From contig MU004239.1 in assembly GCA_010405405.1 (NCBI GenBank), forward strand, positions 1,054,001 through 1,118,000: a stretch of DNA of 64,000 bases. Direction: 5' to 3'. Made by a program: the position numbers and the translations under genes. The notes beneath the pieces are model-generated. The model had not been told where the DNA came from and made no database searches. It saw only the letters and a list, made by a program, of their open reading frames with translations. Positions 1 to 13,092 of the stretch are shown here, piece by piece; positions within the stretch are counted from its first letter, which is position 1; each line of letters opens with the position of its first letter. Origin of the DNA: Microthyrium microscopicum. Lineage: Eukaryota.

Positions 1-605
1 GAACATACCCGCGCCTCCCGAAGTGCTGCCCTTAGCAGCGTTGTTTGCCACCGTCTTCGCGAATAGAGTCTGGCCCTTCATTCTGGTTTCACCATCGTCA
101 GCATCAACCATCACCTTTATTATAGCAGAAATACTTACCCCTTGCCCATATGCTTGTTCTTGAAGGCAGCCAACTTCTGCGTCGCCGGTGATTGAATTGT
201 GTCAGACGGGCTAATGTAGGTGTTCTGGAGTCTATTTGCAAGGAGAAGCATGGTGTTAGTCTGCTGATCTACCTGATTCAAGACGCGTGGTTGCTCTAAG
301 ACAGAATGCTCGTCTTGTTTTTCGTCGTCTTCAGGAGACTTGACCGTCACGCGAAATTGTGGTTTAGCTGCTGGCTGTGTACATGATTTGGATGGTTCCG
401 ACGTGGATACAGGAGTTGGGCCCGCAGGCTTGGTGGGAGACGGGGTGGGTGCGCGAGCGCTGGGCTTTACGTACTGTCCGTCTTTGACTTGCGATTCAAG
501 GACTGCGCGGTGGTATTCGAGGCTCTTGGGTTTCGCGTTTGCGGCGCCGTCGAGAGGTGGTGAGAGTTGGGTGTTTGTGTCGCGCTCGGCGAGGGCTGGA
601 GACAT
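1..605 (-). CDS. Spo12-family protein; 3' end runs off the window start
   Basis: Translation contains KSLEYHRAVLES and YISPSDTIQSPATQKLAAFKNKH, typical of the fungal Spo12 family. Introns: 474-232 (or 272-225), 138-84, and another donor GTATGT at 8. Confidence 0.8.
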
Positions 606-1642
606 GGCTCTGGCGAGAGGAGCGTTGTTTAGGGATGTGAGAGTTGTTTGGTAGGATGGAATTGGTTTCGATGGTGGTTGCTTGAATTTTGTAGGTTTAG
701 TTGAATTGTTGGGGGGTTTATGAGGAGTTCGCGGTACGTGGTGTTGGATGGAGTTAAGTCATCGAATTGTTGGTATTTCAGGAGGTTAGTAAATAATGGC
801 GGTTGCTATGGAAAGCGCTCACCTAGAAAAAAGTGGCTAGCGCGTTTTGCTCAACCACTAGCCAGCGAACAAGTCGCTCCTCCATTTCATCTGAATGACG
901 CCGTAATGTTTCTTGTTAGATGTTTTAATATCGCTTCTCTCTTCAATATTTACTGTATACACTTATTTTGGTCGCTAAACAAAGCGCTGTTTTGCAAAGG
1001 CTGCGGAAATTGCGGCATTCTTCACAGAAGCACGCGTCCACAGTCCCCTGGTTTTGATTACTCTATCACAGAATCTGAAGAGTTGGAAAACTCCAGAAAT
1101 TCCTCTGATCATGCCAATCGATCACTATAGCTTACAGCAAGGTTTCCATATTCGTTAGCTGCAGCATTATCATTAAATCTTACTACTCCGCACCACGTCC
1201 CATACTGATCTTATAGAGACAGTAATAGATATATACATCGGCGTATTCTTCGATATATCAACAAGAAAGTAACTCAGCACAATCGACCAGCGATCTAATA
1301 ATCGCCATGTAATGTCCACCATGTTTCTGGTCATTCGGAAGAGACAGTTGTATTCTCATCACGCACAAATGGCAATTCATTACACGACCACAACCGCTCC
1401 TTTAGACTTGTATCGGAAGTCTTCCTAGCGGAGTTCCAAGTGGGTCGAAGAGCGAACCTGGACTTATTCCTTCAGATTCTCGGCTGGAGAGAACAGGAGT
1501 ATGCCCAGCGCGATATTTCTGTGGTTTTTGTGCCATTTGCTTTGGTGATGACGGAGGATCATCGTCAATTAAGCTTGCAGTGGCAAGACCAATGTCGCTT
1601 CTGATCACAATTAGCACAAGTCTCACGTCTACAACTAAACAC

Positions 1643-2593
1643 TCACTGGGCAAAACTGTGCTCGAACGCATTGGTTTCGTGGCCGAAATCGTCTTCAATT
1701 ATGTACGGCGTGTGAGGAATTGGCTCAAGAAGAGTTCTCCCAATACTTTTTCTATTTGGAATTGTAGTTGGACAAGCAGCACTAAGCGAGTCGCTGAAAT
1801 CTCGTGGACTGGCTTGGGCGATGCTGTTGCGTGCAGTAGGAGGCGGGCCAGTCATTGCATGAGTAGACAAGGCCGTCGAAAATCTTCTCATCCATGAACC
1901 TGCAGAGCCAATTGAAGAGTTTCGCCTTCCGTTCTCCGAGCTAATGGAAGCATTGTCATTGGTATTACTGTTGTTTGTGCTACCGCTTGACGACATGAAG
2001 TTCAAGACTCCGCGTAGCGCACCAACGGATGCTTCCACTGCGGTTTGGATTGTCTGCCATCGGTACTCTAGCTGAATGAAGTCATTCAAGACATCGTCTA
2101 GCTCATTCATCGTCATGTGGATCAAGGATGTTTGAATTGCATCGGCAACTATTGTGACACCATATATCCATACACTGGCAACCAAATCCTGTACGCATTC
2201 GGGCTGATTCTCAATCAAAGACGTAGTTGAGCTGACAACCTTGTCGACACCAAAGTCGGTAATTTGTTTTTGCTGGGAAACGTCGACCCGCAGCATGGCA
2301 CGGCGGGTACCATCATCATCACCGGCGCTAGATCTTATATTATCGTATATGGTCTTGAAAGCATCTTGACTGACGAATGCAAGTCCGACGTTTAGATCGT
2401 CAAGGGCTCGTAAGATGGCATCCGCGTCATTGTGGAGAGTGGAAAGCTCTGCTACATAATCAAGCCCTTCAGTGAACATGTGAGCCTGAAGTACTTTGAA
2501 GTAGCTGAAGTCATTGGTTCGAATAGCAGAGTGTAAATTGTGCCTAATGAGAGCAACGCGTTGCATCCAACGCATTCTGTATTTCTCAGTCAT
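1643..2593 (-). CDS. Uncharacterized fungal protein, helical core with Ser-rich tail; 5' end apparently disrupted
   Basis: Intron-free open frame 2644-1643 with first in-frame ATG at 2593 and protein-like composition. A coding-like frame continues upstream in a different phase (see findings). Confidence 0.6.
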   Translation of the reverse strand: MTEKYRMRWMQRVALIRHNLHSAIRTNDFSYFKVLQAHMFTEGLDYVAELSTLHNDADAILRALDDLNVGLAFVSQDAFKTIYDNIRSSAGDDDGTRRAMLRVDVSQQKQITDFGVDKVVSSTTSLIENQPECVQDLVASVWIYGVTIVADAIQTSLIHMTMNELDDVLNDFIQLEYRWQTIQTAVEASVGALRGVLNFMSSSGSTNNSNTNDNASISSENGRRNSSIGSAGSWMRRFSTALSTHAMTGPPPTARNSIAQASPRDFSDSLSAACPTTIPNRKSIGRTLLEPIPHTPYIIEDDFGHETNAFEHSFAQ

Positions 2594-3432
2594 AACGAAG
2601 CTGATGGACCTTGGGGCTTGTTCAAACAAGCGTCGTTGAAACAATTCAACTCGATCAAGTTGAGGAATGCTGGGTTTGACAGTTTAGTATTCAATTCTAA
2701 AGTCAATAATCGGTTCCAGGCAATTGCCAAAATTGAACATCGTTTGCGGAGTGTCTCGGATGCAGGCTCTTTGAAGTTAAATGTCTCACTTGCACTTCTG
2801 CTGAAGAAAGGTATCAACAAAGGGTCTATAGTAAGAAAGAATCCAATATGTCGGTCAAATCCTTGACGTCAACTTCTTTGATATTTTATTATGTTTTTGC
2901 AGTCATTATTGATGGCAAAACCTCATTAGTTAGCCACAATAAAGGACAACAAAGAATGGCACCGCAATGTGAGGTTACACAAAGCTCGTTTTGAGTAAGG
3001 ATTTACATAGATGCTCTATTGTATTTCTTGTAGCAACAAAGCCCTGTAGGTTCACGATGGGTTGACACACCACTCAAAAGTATTGTTGTAGAACTCGAGG
3101 CAAACTTTACGACAGTCCCTAATATCAATTAGCACAAGACAGCGAGCATATGAGGCGGTACCGACTGAGATTGTTGACCTCGTGCATTTCTAGTCGCTGT
3201 ACACTTTTGCTCCAAATGAGGAGCAATTTGAGGACGCTGGGAAGGAGGACCGCCTTTGTTGGGCCCCTTTCCTGGGGGTGGCCTTGTAAAGTTAGTCAAT
3301 GCTCGCTATCAGATGTTACACTCTCCATCAAGTCGCTTTAAAAGCTCACAGCGTGCTTAGAATGCTGCCATCGGAGCATTTGAGCATTGCATCAGCGACT
3401 TGGAGTCGAGTGTGGTCAATAGATTGAGTTTC

Positions 3433-3837
3433 TTACCCTTTCGGGGCAGGCGATCCTGGTCGGGGAGTTTGAGGTTGCGTCCATGGAACTGGTGGCTGGC
3501 TCGGAGGGGCGTTTTTTGGAGGCCATTGATTGTTCGAGGGCGAGGATGAAGAACTCCATGGTGGAGGTTGGCTATTCGAAGTTGGCGAACTCCAAGCTGG
3601 GGCTGGGTTATTCTGTGGTGGCCAATTTTGCTGGGGTTTTTGACATCGGTCTTTATAACAGTCACGAAAGCGCCATTCCTCCCCTAGAAGTCGTTAGTAT
3701 CAAAGCGATTGACGAGGGAATGTAAACTTACTTTGACCTTCGCAAACAGAATCATAAGTACAACCATTTGGTGGAGTCGCCAAAGTGACTGCAACAAGGC
3801 TGCAAGCCACCACGGTTAAGCTCTTGATAAAATACAT
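3433..3837 (-). CDS. Small secreted Cys/Pro/Trp-rich protein (118 aa), candidate effector or cell-wall protein
   Basis: ATG at 3837, exon 1 3837-3732, 48-nt intron 3731-3684 (GTAAGT...CTAAC...TAG), exon 2 3683-3433. Translation MYFIKSLTVVACSLVAVTLA-TPPNGCTYDSVCEGQREEWRFRDCYKDRCQKPQQNWPPQNNPAPAWSSP...PAPKG*. Not in the ORF track. Confidence 0.75.
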
Positions 3838-5433
3838 CTTCGTCACCGGACAATTACGAAGTAAGTCAGGAAAAGGTCACAACTCTATTACGCCCTCCCC
3901 AATCTGGATGTGTGCTTTACTTATACCTCGCAGGAAACCCCCCGGGTTGACACATTCAAGGTAAGTGCTTCAAACTTTACGGTCATATTACAATGGGTGA
4001 ACGATAAAATCACAAGAAAAACATATTACTCCCTTGATTGATCTAGTATTGACCCTGGTAAGCATGGAGTAAGTAAATGACGGAAAGAGTCTGTTCGAAA
4101 TGCCGTTTTATCAGCAGAGTGTCGCCTCGTTGCGCGGTCCGTGGATAGTTCGAGACCGTACCTTGCGGTATGTTTTCTATTCTCGTGAAGGTTAAACTCA
4201 CGGTTCCTTTACCGTGAACCGTACATCGGCACACTCCATAAAGCCCTGGCCCGGGCGTTTATGAGGCCCAAATCAGACTTAATACCTGGAACAAGATATA
4301 TGTATTTCTTGGAATCTCATTAGTCCGACTTACCCGATTTTTGAGTGTGCATAGACCAACTTGTCTACTATAAAATCGTTCACTTGATGATTACTCGTCG
4401 GCGAAATGATAGTGAATTATCCTAAAACTACTGAATGGTCGCATCAATTTTACCGAATTGCTCAGAAATCTAGACAGAATGGAAGAGTTCATTGGTAATT
4501 CGGGACAGGTAGGGACAGGGAAAGAAGAAGTCAATTCCTGGGATTTTTGAGAACCCAGCAAACGTCGAATGTGGAGTATTGCTGGAAGTAGATCTGTTGA
4601 CTAGGTTCAGTCAGAGACTAATAGCTACCAGCGGTCGATCACTCTGTTCATATTCAAGAGCCGGACCGTGATATAAACCACATCTAAGAGGCTTGCCGAG
4701 GTAGCCAAAGGGTTCCCATTATCAATTCAAGGTTCACATTCTTGGGCATAATATCTGCAAAGTCCCCAAGCACGGTATTGGCATTGGAAATAAAGAAGTA
4801 CCCAATCGAGTAACTTGCCCTGTTCGTCTGGAAAGATACAGTATGGTTGCGCAATAGACTTCTGACAGCATAGACCAACAAGGTACACAAGGTCAAGGAA
4901 CGACCCAAATTAATGAATTATCAGGGGATGCCGTTAGTAGTTGCCATTGTATCTGATAGTCTCGATTAGTGTGAGACACGGCTCCCTCAGACGTTTTGAA
5001 TAACTTAGGTACATGCTTAGTAGGTGAACAAGTACTGACTGTAAACAGCACAGTCTGGCTTTAACTCCTGTCTTTTGTCTACATAGGCAGGAAAGCTATC
5101 AAGCTTTTGGCCATATGTTTCAGCTTTAACTCAAGTATTCCGGGCCGAATCGTGTGAGCTAGTCGAAAGTTAAATCATATCATTGGCTTGTGGTTGATTA
5201 TATGACCTGCTTTAGGGTATCAAATTGAAGAAATTGCCCCAGCTACCTCTTATCTTCACAGCAGCGCAATGTGATTTCTTTCAGATTATGCACAAAAGTC
5301 TTTCGATTATAGTGAAATGACTTGATCCTGAAGTGACACAACCTGTATGACTTTCAGTGAGAGTAAGAATACTAGGAACAGGGGCCACGTTCACTGTCGC
5401 TGGTGACTATTGTGGCCATCCCTAGCGCTCATC

Positions 5434-7500
5434 ATGCGTTCCTTTCCTCTGATATTACTAGCCGGCAATGGCGCAGCGTTGGCAACAAGCAATCATATAT
5501 CGAGTATTGCACCTCTCCCGGAGTTGAAATTGCCTTATGGCACTTGGCAGGCCACTGCGTACGATGAAGATACAGATGTACAGTATTTCTTACAAACTGA
5601 CGGAATGAAGGGCTGATGTAGGCCAGACATATATTTTCAAAAACATTCGCTTCGCTGCACCACCAGTCGGTCAATTGAGATTCGCAAAGCCAGCTCCACC
5701 ATTACTTATTGAAGGCGTACAGACTGGAAAAATAGGAAATGACTGTATCTCGACTACGGGCTGGGCATTTGGTGCTGGGTCATTGGGCAACCTAGTGAAT
5801 AGTGTCATTCCAGGGGCAGAAGGTTGGATCATTTCATCTTAAGCGACTTAAGTCCTGACTTCTTCGCTAGATTGCCTGTTTCTTGATGTTTTCGTGCCTA
5901 AGAGAGCGTTTCTTGAGGGCGCTGCTGCAAAGCTTCCTGGTATGAGACTATTCAGTCTTCCACTGTTGTATTTGCAGTTAATGATGCTAGTTGTTTATTA
6001 CATGTATGGCGGAGGGTATACAAAGTCCTTCAGCTCTTTTCTTTGAAGGCGCTGATCACTATGGCCTAGCTTCGATATAGGTAACAAACAACAGGTTTAC
6101 GATGGGCTTGCAATCGTCAAGCAATCAAACGGATCACTCATATATGTATCTGGAAACTACAGGGTGAGTATCTTGAACCTGATTGTGGCGTGAATTCCTG
6201 ACACCATTTAGCTGGGGGCCCTTGGCTTCCTCGGAGGAAAGACTGCCGAAGAGAATAACATGACAAATCTTGGACTTTGGGATCAACGGGCTGCATTGGA
6301 GTGGACTAACAAGTATATTTCGCTCGTAGGTGGGGATCCAGAAAATGTTAGTTGTTGGGGTGAATCAGCAGGTGCTGGATCTGTTATGTTACATCTTACA
6401 GCGTTTGGAGGCAAGCAAGATCCCTTGTTTAAACGAGCTGTCATCGCGAGTCCATTCTTGGAGCCCAGGACAGACCGAAATGGAATACTTGAGGCCAACT
6501 TCAGGACTTTTGAAGCTGGCGCAGGTTGTGCTGGAAAAGGGGTAGCTTGTTTGAGAACAGCAAGTCTGCGTAATCTCGAAAATGGATCCAATGCTGTTTT
6601 CAAAGCATCTCCAGACCGAGCTTTTGCTTTTGGGTATGATATCAAAACACCGTTCGACATGAAGCTGGATAAACACTGACTGCTTGTTAGACCGATACCC
6701 GATGGTCAATGGATGCGCCAATTACCTGCTCTTGAATTCCAATCGGGTCAGTCATAGGCACAGTGTTGTCAAATCTAACTAACAAAGCAAGGGAATCATT
6801 GGAAAAACTTGGAATCGCTAATTGTATCGCACGTGTCGAACGAAGCCGATATCTTCATACCCACTTCCGTTACTAGCAATGCTAAATGGCAAGAATATCT
6901 TACCCAGTGGTATCCAGATCAGGTGAATGTCGTTAAGTCGATAATCGAGCACTACTCAAACAAAACTTCAATCAAAGATAAAGTCAAGCCTACATCGGAG
7001 ATTCAATATTCCACTGCAATACTCGCTGGATTGCATCTGACTATCCCGACAAAACCTATATGCTCCAGTATTCCCGAATGGGAGGACAGCACGGAGTCGA
7101 CGTTTTGGCCACTTACATTGGAACAAAAACCGGGCTTTCAGCTGCCCAGAATGCGGATAAGGCTTTTCCTGCCTTTGCCAAGGCCTATCAGTCTTACTTG
7201 TTATCACAGGCGAAGACTGGAGATCCGAACATGTATCGATTAAAGAGCGGACCATCCCCAACCATTCCTTTGGAGAAGGTAGGTAGTTTAGATCATGATA
7301 TCACTGTAGTAGACGCTGGGCCGAACGGGTTTTCTACAATTCAAGACAAGTTGAACACTGCGGAAGCTTGCGACTTCTGGCTCAACATATTTGCAGAAAA
7401 GACAAAAACTCTTGATATGTTGAATAGTTTGTCCTTCCTTTCCGCTAATTGTACGATCATAAGCTGGAGGTTTATAGGTATCATTCCTTCAGCCAGATGA
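5434..7500 (+). pseudogene. Secreted type-B carboxylesterase/lipase carrying a 1-nt frameshift (pseudogene or assembly error)
   Basis: Signal peptide, FKNIRFAAPP, EDCLFLDV, YGGG oxyanion motif, NYRLG, NLGLWDQRAALEW, GESAG nucleophile, NEA acid and GQHGVD His, spread over about 8 short introns. Frame breaks at ~6989. Confidence 0.8.
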
Positions 7501-8556
7501 AGAAGTCACTGTATTATAATGCTAGTGCTTTGCGAAGGTTCTTGTACGACATGAGACTCGATCTACTCGAATTATTTGGCTGTTTGCCAGTCAGGCGCCT
7601 GTGTCATCGCGGCCATATCTTGAGGATTCCGTGGCACATATCAGAACACCATCGCACAGAACTCAGCTTTACACATTTTATAACATATAAAATGATAATT
7701 AACAAACATGGACGATATTGAGACCGAATCTTCCAGGCCTTACATTTCTTTGAAACACCGACCCCTGGGTAATTGTGTCAGTGTTGTAGACCATTGACTT
7801 TCAGTTCGTCTTTGCTGCTTTACTTCATTCTGGTAACTTGATAGAAGAGCATTTTAGAACATAAAAGCAACACAACACTAGCCATACATGTGGACAAAAC
7901 CTATGTACTCTATTGCCCTATCTCCTAGTGATGATAAAGACACTACAGCTAGATTCTGACATTTCTCTGCGACGACGATTTCGTTACACGATACTGGGGA
8001 GTCAAAAAATCCAGTCGATCTTCAAGATATATAATTGCAACCCACGTCATTGAAAGTAACACAGTTTTTTACTACACGACGTGCACAAAGCATAGTAGCC
8101 TCAATCCAGTTCAGGGGTTCCTTCCGAACAAACGGATCATTTGCCTGCCATAGCCTCGGAAATCCCAAGATAGTAAAACACCAACCCATCCTCGCCAAAA
8201 CCCCACGGATACCTTCCGAGCTTAGTAAACACGAAAAGCCATGTGAGAAGCCCATCTTCTAGAAGGACCTGCCGACTGTGCTCCCGCGCATCCAAAGCCC
8301 TGGTCTCAACACGCGGCTCAAGACCCTAATTTTGGTTCTGGCGTGGATTTAGCTCAAGACATTGACCGAAATGGTCTGAAACCCCCAATCAGAGCTTGCG
8401 CTTTGAATTTAGAGTTATTGACGGAGATTAATGAGATCGGAAAGGTTGGCCAATGCACCCAGAAAATCTACAAAACTCGTGATGTGACGGGAATATAAGG
8501 ATCAGAGCCAAGAAGCTCGATGTGAAAAGCTGCAAAAATATCACGTTATTAACAGT

Positions 8557-9603
8557 ATGCGTTCTGCTCTTCTTTTGCCGCTGGCACAGCTGGCTGCTGC
8601 TCAGACATTCCCTGCGAAGGCTGATGGTGATGTTGCGGGCGGTATCTTTTCTATCAGTTTGCCGGATCTAGGAGCGAGGATAGCGAAAGATGGAGCTGCC
8701 ATGTTTGGATCTGGCCACGGCAAGGAGTCTCCTGCCGCGAAGACTACCGTGAAGACTGGTGGAACTGGCCCATATATTGCGCAATATCAAACAGACCCAA
8801 CTATTCCAAGCCATGTCGTCTATGCGCCAAAGACACCGCCGCCAATTCCAATGCCTGTTATTGTTTGGGGAAATGGAGGCTGTCAGTTCGACGGGACTGC
8901 GTTCTCAAACTTCCTCACAGAGATAGCTAGCCATGGTTATCTGGTGGTAGCTGATGGGCCACCAGGCGGTACCTTTTTGAAGGGCCAGAGTAAGGTGCAG
9001 GATATGCGGGATTCGGTAGACTGGGTGGAGAAGGGTGGTGCTGCCAAATATGGTCAGATTGATACCAAGAAGATCATCGCGGCTGGTCAATCTTGCGGTG
9101 GTCTCGAGGCTTATAGCATGACATATCGTAAGTCAATGCGTAGTGATCCAGAAAAGAGCGTGCAATGCTAACGGAGCATAGATGATCCTCGAATTATCCA
9201 AACCATGCATTTCAATATCGGCATCTTCCAGGACGATAAGAAGTATCTGTTGAAGGAAATCAAGGTGCCTCAAGCATATTTCCTCGGAGGACCTCATGAT
9301 ATTGGATACCTCCTCGTGAGTTTAATCAAATGGTTATGGTAGATCTCCACTAATACGTGATTCTAGGGTGAAAAAGACTATAGTTTGTTGAATGCCGGAC
9401 TTCCAGCGTTCAAAGCGAGCCTCGACACAGGACACGATGGCACCTACTGGTCAGCCAACGGAGGCAAATTCGGCAAGGCTGCAGTCGCATATCTTCAATG
9501 GCAATTGCGCGGCGACGCAAAGTCAAAAGCATACTGTCTTGGAAAGGGCGCTGGATCCCTAGTCGGCGATAACTGGAATGTGACATCCAAGAACTGGACC
9601 TGA
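8557..9603 (+). CDS. Secreted alpha/beta hydrolase (chlorophyllase/cutinase-like fold)
   Basis: Signal peptide, PVIVWGNGGC, EIASHGYLVVA, GQSCGG nucleophile elbow, C-terminal TGHDGTY. Introns at ~9128-9181 and ~9316-9366. Confidence 0.85.
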
Positions 9604-9709
9604 TTCAATTTGCTATTCAGCTCGGCGAAATATATGACAGTGCGCCAATAGACGTAATTATGTACAGTACCTCTAGATAGACAGGCCGCTATACCCCTTA
9701 GACATACCA

Positions 9710-12161
9710 TTATGGTAAAGTAATCAGCGTCGCTCTAGCTTTTTCAATGAGTGCGAGAATGATACTCGACCATTTCCATAATCCACCAACGTTTTTGTCT
9801 TCGATTGACTCGACTAAGCCTGGGAATGTGGCGCCGGCATAGCCGGTCCATCTGCCAGGTGCGAAGACCACATGCTTGAACCACGTTCGACCATCAAGAC
9901 CTTTGCTGTAGATGAACTGTCGCTCAAAGTTCTTGTACCGAGAGTTGACGTTTTGAATAGCAATTCGTAGCTTTATTCGCTCCCACCATTTCCACCAAGG
10001 GAGAGGATTTTCAGCGATCGATTTGGCCAATGCTTCTGCTTTTGCGTCAAACTCAACACTTGAGTTTCTTAGGCGGGCAATGGATCCATCTAATCGATCA
10101 AGGATCTTGGAGTCATTTGCTGTCATGGCAGACATGAGCTCAGTATCTTTGGACAATAGATCACGAACTGAATCCAGGTATTTTTGGAGACCATCGGCAT
10201 AGTCAGTGACATTGAGGGGAACAATAGGACTTTCCGATATCCGTGCCGCTAAAATCGACCACAATTTTGCTGCAGCAACGTGATAATGCCAGCCTGGATC
10301 GCCAAAGTTTTCCATCCAGTAGAAGCTGTCGTAGTTGGAATGATACTGGTAAACAGCCGAGTGTCCAGTGAATTTGAAGCCCATGTCTATACAGGGTATA
10401 CCCGCAAAGTCTTGGAATGCCGTAAAGTCGCTGCCAGAGCCCATGGTTGAGATGTGCTTGTTCCAAAGATCGTAAACAGTCTGGCCTGGGACAGTTTGAT
10501 TTGGCGAGAGCACATCTTTCGTTGTCTCGATTAGAACTTTATTAAGAAGTGGAGCAGCACTGGCAGCGAATTGTGGACCCGTAGTCCCAACATCGACATT
10601 GAGATAAGCTACCACGGTCTTATTCAACCAGGGTAGGTACTCTTCGACCCATTCTGTAGAGCCAATGAGACCGTACTCTTCGCCATCCCAACTGGCAAAC
10701 ACGATCGTACGAAGTGGTTTCCAGCCTTGTGCCAAAGCAATACCAAAGCTCCTGATGACTTCGTTTAGAGCTGCGGAGCCACTGTTGGGATCTCCAGCAC
10801 CTCCAGCAATCCAGGCGTCACGATGATTACCTAGGACAACGACCTCATCCTCGATCGTTCCATTGATGATGCCGATGACGTTCCATAGCGGTGTGATAGT
10901 GTAATTCTGTAGATTGTAAAGGTTCAATGCTATAGAATCCGGTGTTGGGCCAACATAGTAGTCTACGCCTTTATAGCCTAGGCCACCATCCTTCCAGGCC
11001 TTTCCAAGCGACTTGGCTTTGGGACCGTGACCTTTGAGTGCTTTGAGGATAGGCACAGCATCCAGGTAAGATATTGGTAGTGACGGAATTGATGGAGTGG
11101 AGATATTAGCAGGCTGTCGTGGAACACCAGGCTTGGACGGATATCCAGGTGTTGTCGGGTCACCGGGAGCAAATGCTGGATAAGTTAGAGGTCAATGATA
11201 GGTACGGACTCTACGCGGACTTACAAAGAAACTGTGTACTTCCACGCTGAACACTACTAGGGTTGCGAGCTGGTCCACTGGGATAAGTGTCGTTGCCATG
11301 CGCTTCAGTAACGTCCCCATCGTCTGCTGGATCGGTATAGATAACAATTCCAACCATGCCGACCTCCTGTGCTCGCTTGACTTTGAGGCCACGAAAAATT
11401 CCACCATACTTCGCAATGGCAATCTTGCCCTTCAATGAAATGTTGGCCGCTTTGAGGTCCTCAAAGTCTTGATATGTGCCGTAATTGACGTAGACATAAG
11501 AAGCCGTGACATTTCCAGAAGCAGAATAACCATGGAAAGTGGGGATCCTATCTTTCAAGCCAGAAGTGCCGTCTTCCTCCAGAACATCTTCCTCGAGGCT
11601 AGCTTCATATTTGACTTTCCAGTCAGGCTTTTTGGAGCCCTTCTTGGACTTGTCTTGAAGCAGGGCAAGTCGATGGTCCAGTGGATAATTGATGTATACA
11701 TCATAAGCCACTATCTCGGTGTCAGGGAGACCAAATTCGTCCCACTTGTCCTGTGTCCACTTCGCCTGTGAATAGTTCTGTCCTGCCAGATGTGGACCAG
11801 AAGTGTAATATTGGCTCCATTCTCTGATAAGAGTCTCGTTTGGAGTCGTCTTTAGGATATCAATCAAACCGTCAAAATCGAGGTCCTTCGTCTTTACAGA
11901 GGCATCGCTATAAGAATCATGTCTGTGATCTCTATAAAACGGTTGCTTGGGGAGACAGGGCTTGAATCCATGATCGTGACGATTATGATTTCGTTCGCAC
12001 TCAGGTACGAATATCAAAGTCAACAAAATTGCCGAAAGACAAACGACTAAAAGAGTGCCAAGCAGGCAGGTACATGCTCGCCGAACACGGTTGTGTTGAT
12101 ATCGCGGTGGCGGTCGTCGGACCTCAACGACCGCGATGAGCGGCGTATGCTCATCGGCCAT
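9710..12161 (-). CDS. Glutamate carboxypeptidase II-like M28B peptidase (Vps70/Tre-like; TM, PA, M28 and TFR dimer domains)
   Basis: N-terminal TM helix, GPHLAG, YVNYG, FRGLKVK, SVQRGS, GNHRDAW, GAGDPNSG, SWDGEEYGLIGSTEW, GSDFTAF, YHSNYD, WFKHVVFAPG. One intron at ~11224-11178. Confidence 0.93.
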
Positions 12162-12655
12162 ATTTTATGGTAGCTTCAACTTTCCAATTGGGCTGCCAAA
12201 CTGTGATCCGAATCCAATAGATGTTTGTTTTGAGATGTGGTAGATGAGAGATGATGCAAGAGAAGTACTCGATCACGGATCAATTGTGGAGGCGGGGACT
12301 GCAGGGTAGGTCCAACTAATGCGAAGTTTGCCGAAGCCAGTCGAGAGCCAACGGGACAAGATACATGCCATGCTATGTTCGTAGGGATATCTTTCTCAAA
12401 GAATCTTGGATGTGATCAGAAACTGTAGCTTGAATTAATACAGCTAGGACACCAAAGTGGTCGAAAACCGCATCTTCACAGAGTTCGGACTAAGCTAGTA
12501 TCAATGACTTGGATCCACCATTTCACAAGCCGAAAGGCCAGTAACTGTAAACATTCTCATTATTCATATCGAAGGTGAAAAATACATAATGATGCTACCA
12601 GTTCATCCAAAGATGAAACAAACAGATCCTCCCGATATTCAACTAATCTTTGTCT

Positions 12656-13092
12656 TTATTCCGCGAATCCCCACTTTCCAGTCTGATCCAGTCCCAAAGG
12701 ATTCTCTCCCGTCTGCTCACGACCTCCAAGCCCCATCTTCCCATGCTCATAGGAGTCTTTATTGCCGCCTCCAATGACTTCAGCCTTTTCGTCCTTGGTA
12801 CCAGTGACGGGGGCAAGAACTGGTTTGGTGATACCGCCAACAGCACTGGTAAGCGGCTTGGTGATGCCACCTACTACTGCTCCAACTAGATTTCATCAGC
12901 ATGAAGGTCTGGTCTCAAAAATGGTGTTGACTAACCTGGAGAGAGAACGGTTCCTAGTCCCCTTCCAACGGGATCTAGCACCGGTTGCAGTGGGCCTGCA
13001 GCAAGATATGATTAGTAGTTGCAAGCTAATGAGCAGTGTGAGTTCGTGAACATACTGCCTGATTTTTGTTTTTGCTCTTCTTCGTTTGACAT
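12656..13092 (-). CDS. Small Gly-rich hypothetical protein (108 aa, three exons)
   Basis: ATG at 13092 and two canonical introns (GTATGT...CTAAT...CAG; GTTAGT...CTGAT...TAG). Splices in frame to MSNEEEQKQKSGSPLQPVLDPVGRGLGTVLSPVGAVVGGITKPLTSAVGGITKPVLAPV...GGREQTGENPLGLDQTGKWGFAE*. Confidence 0.75.
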
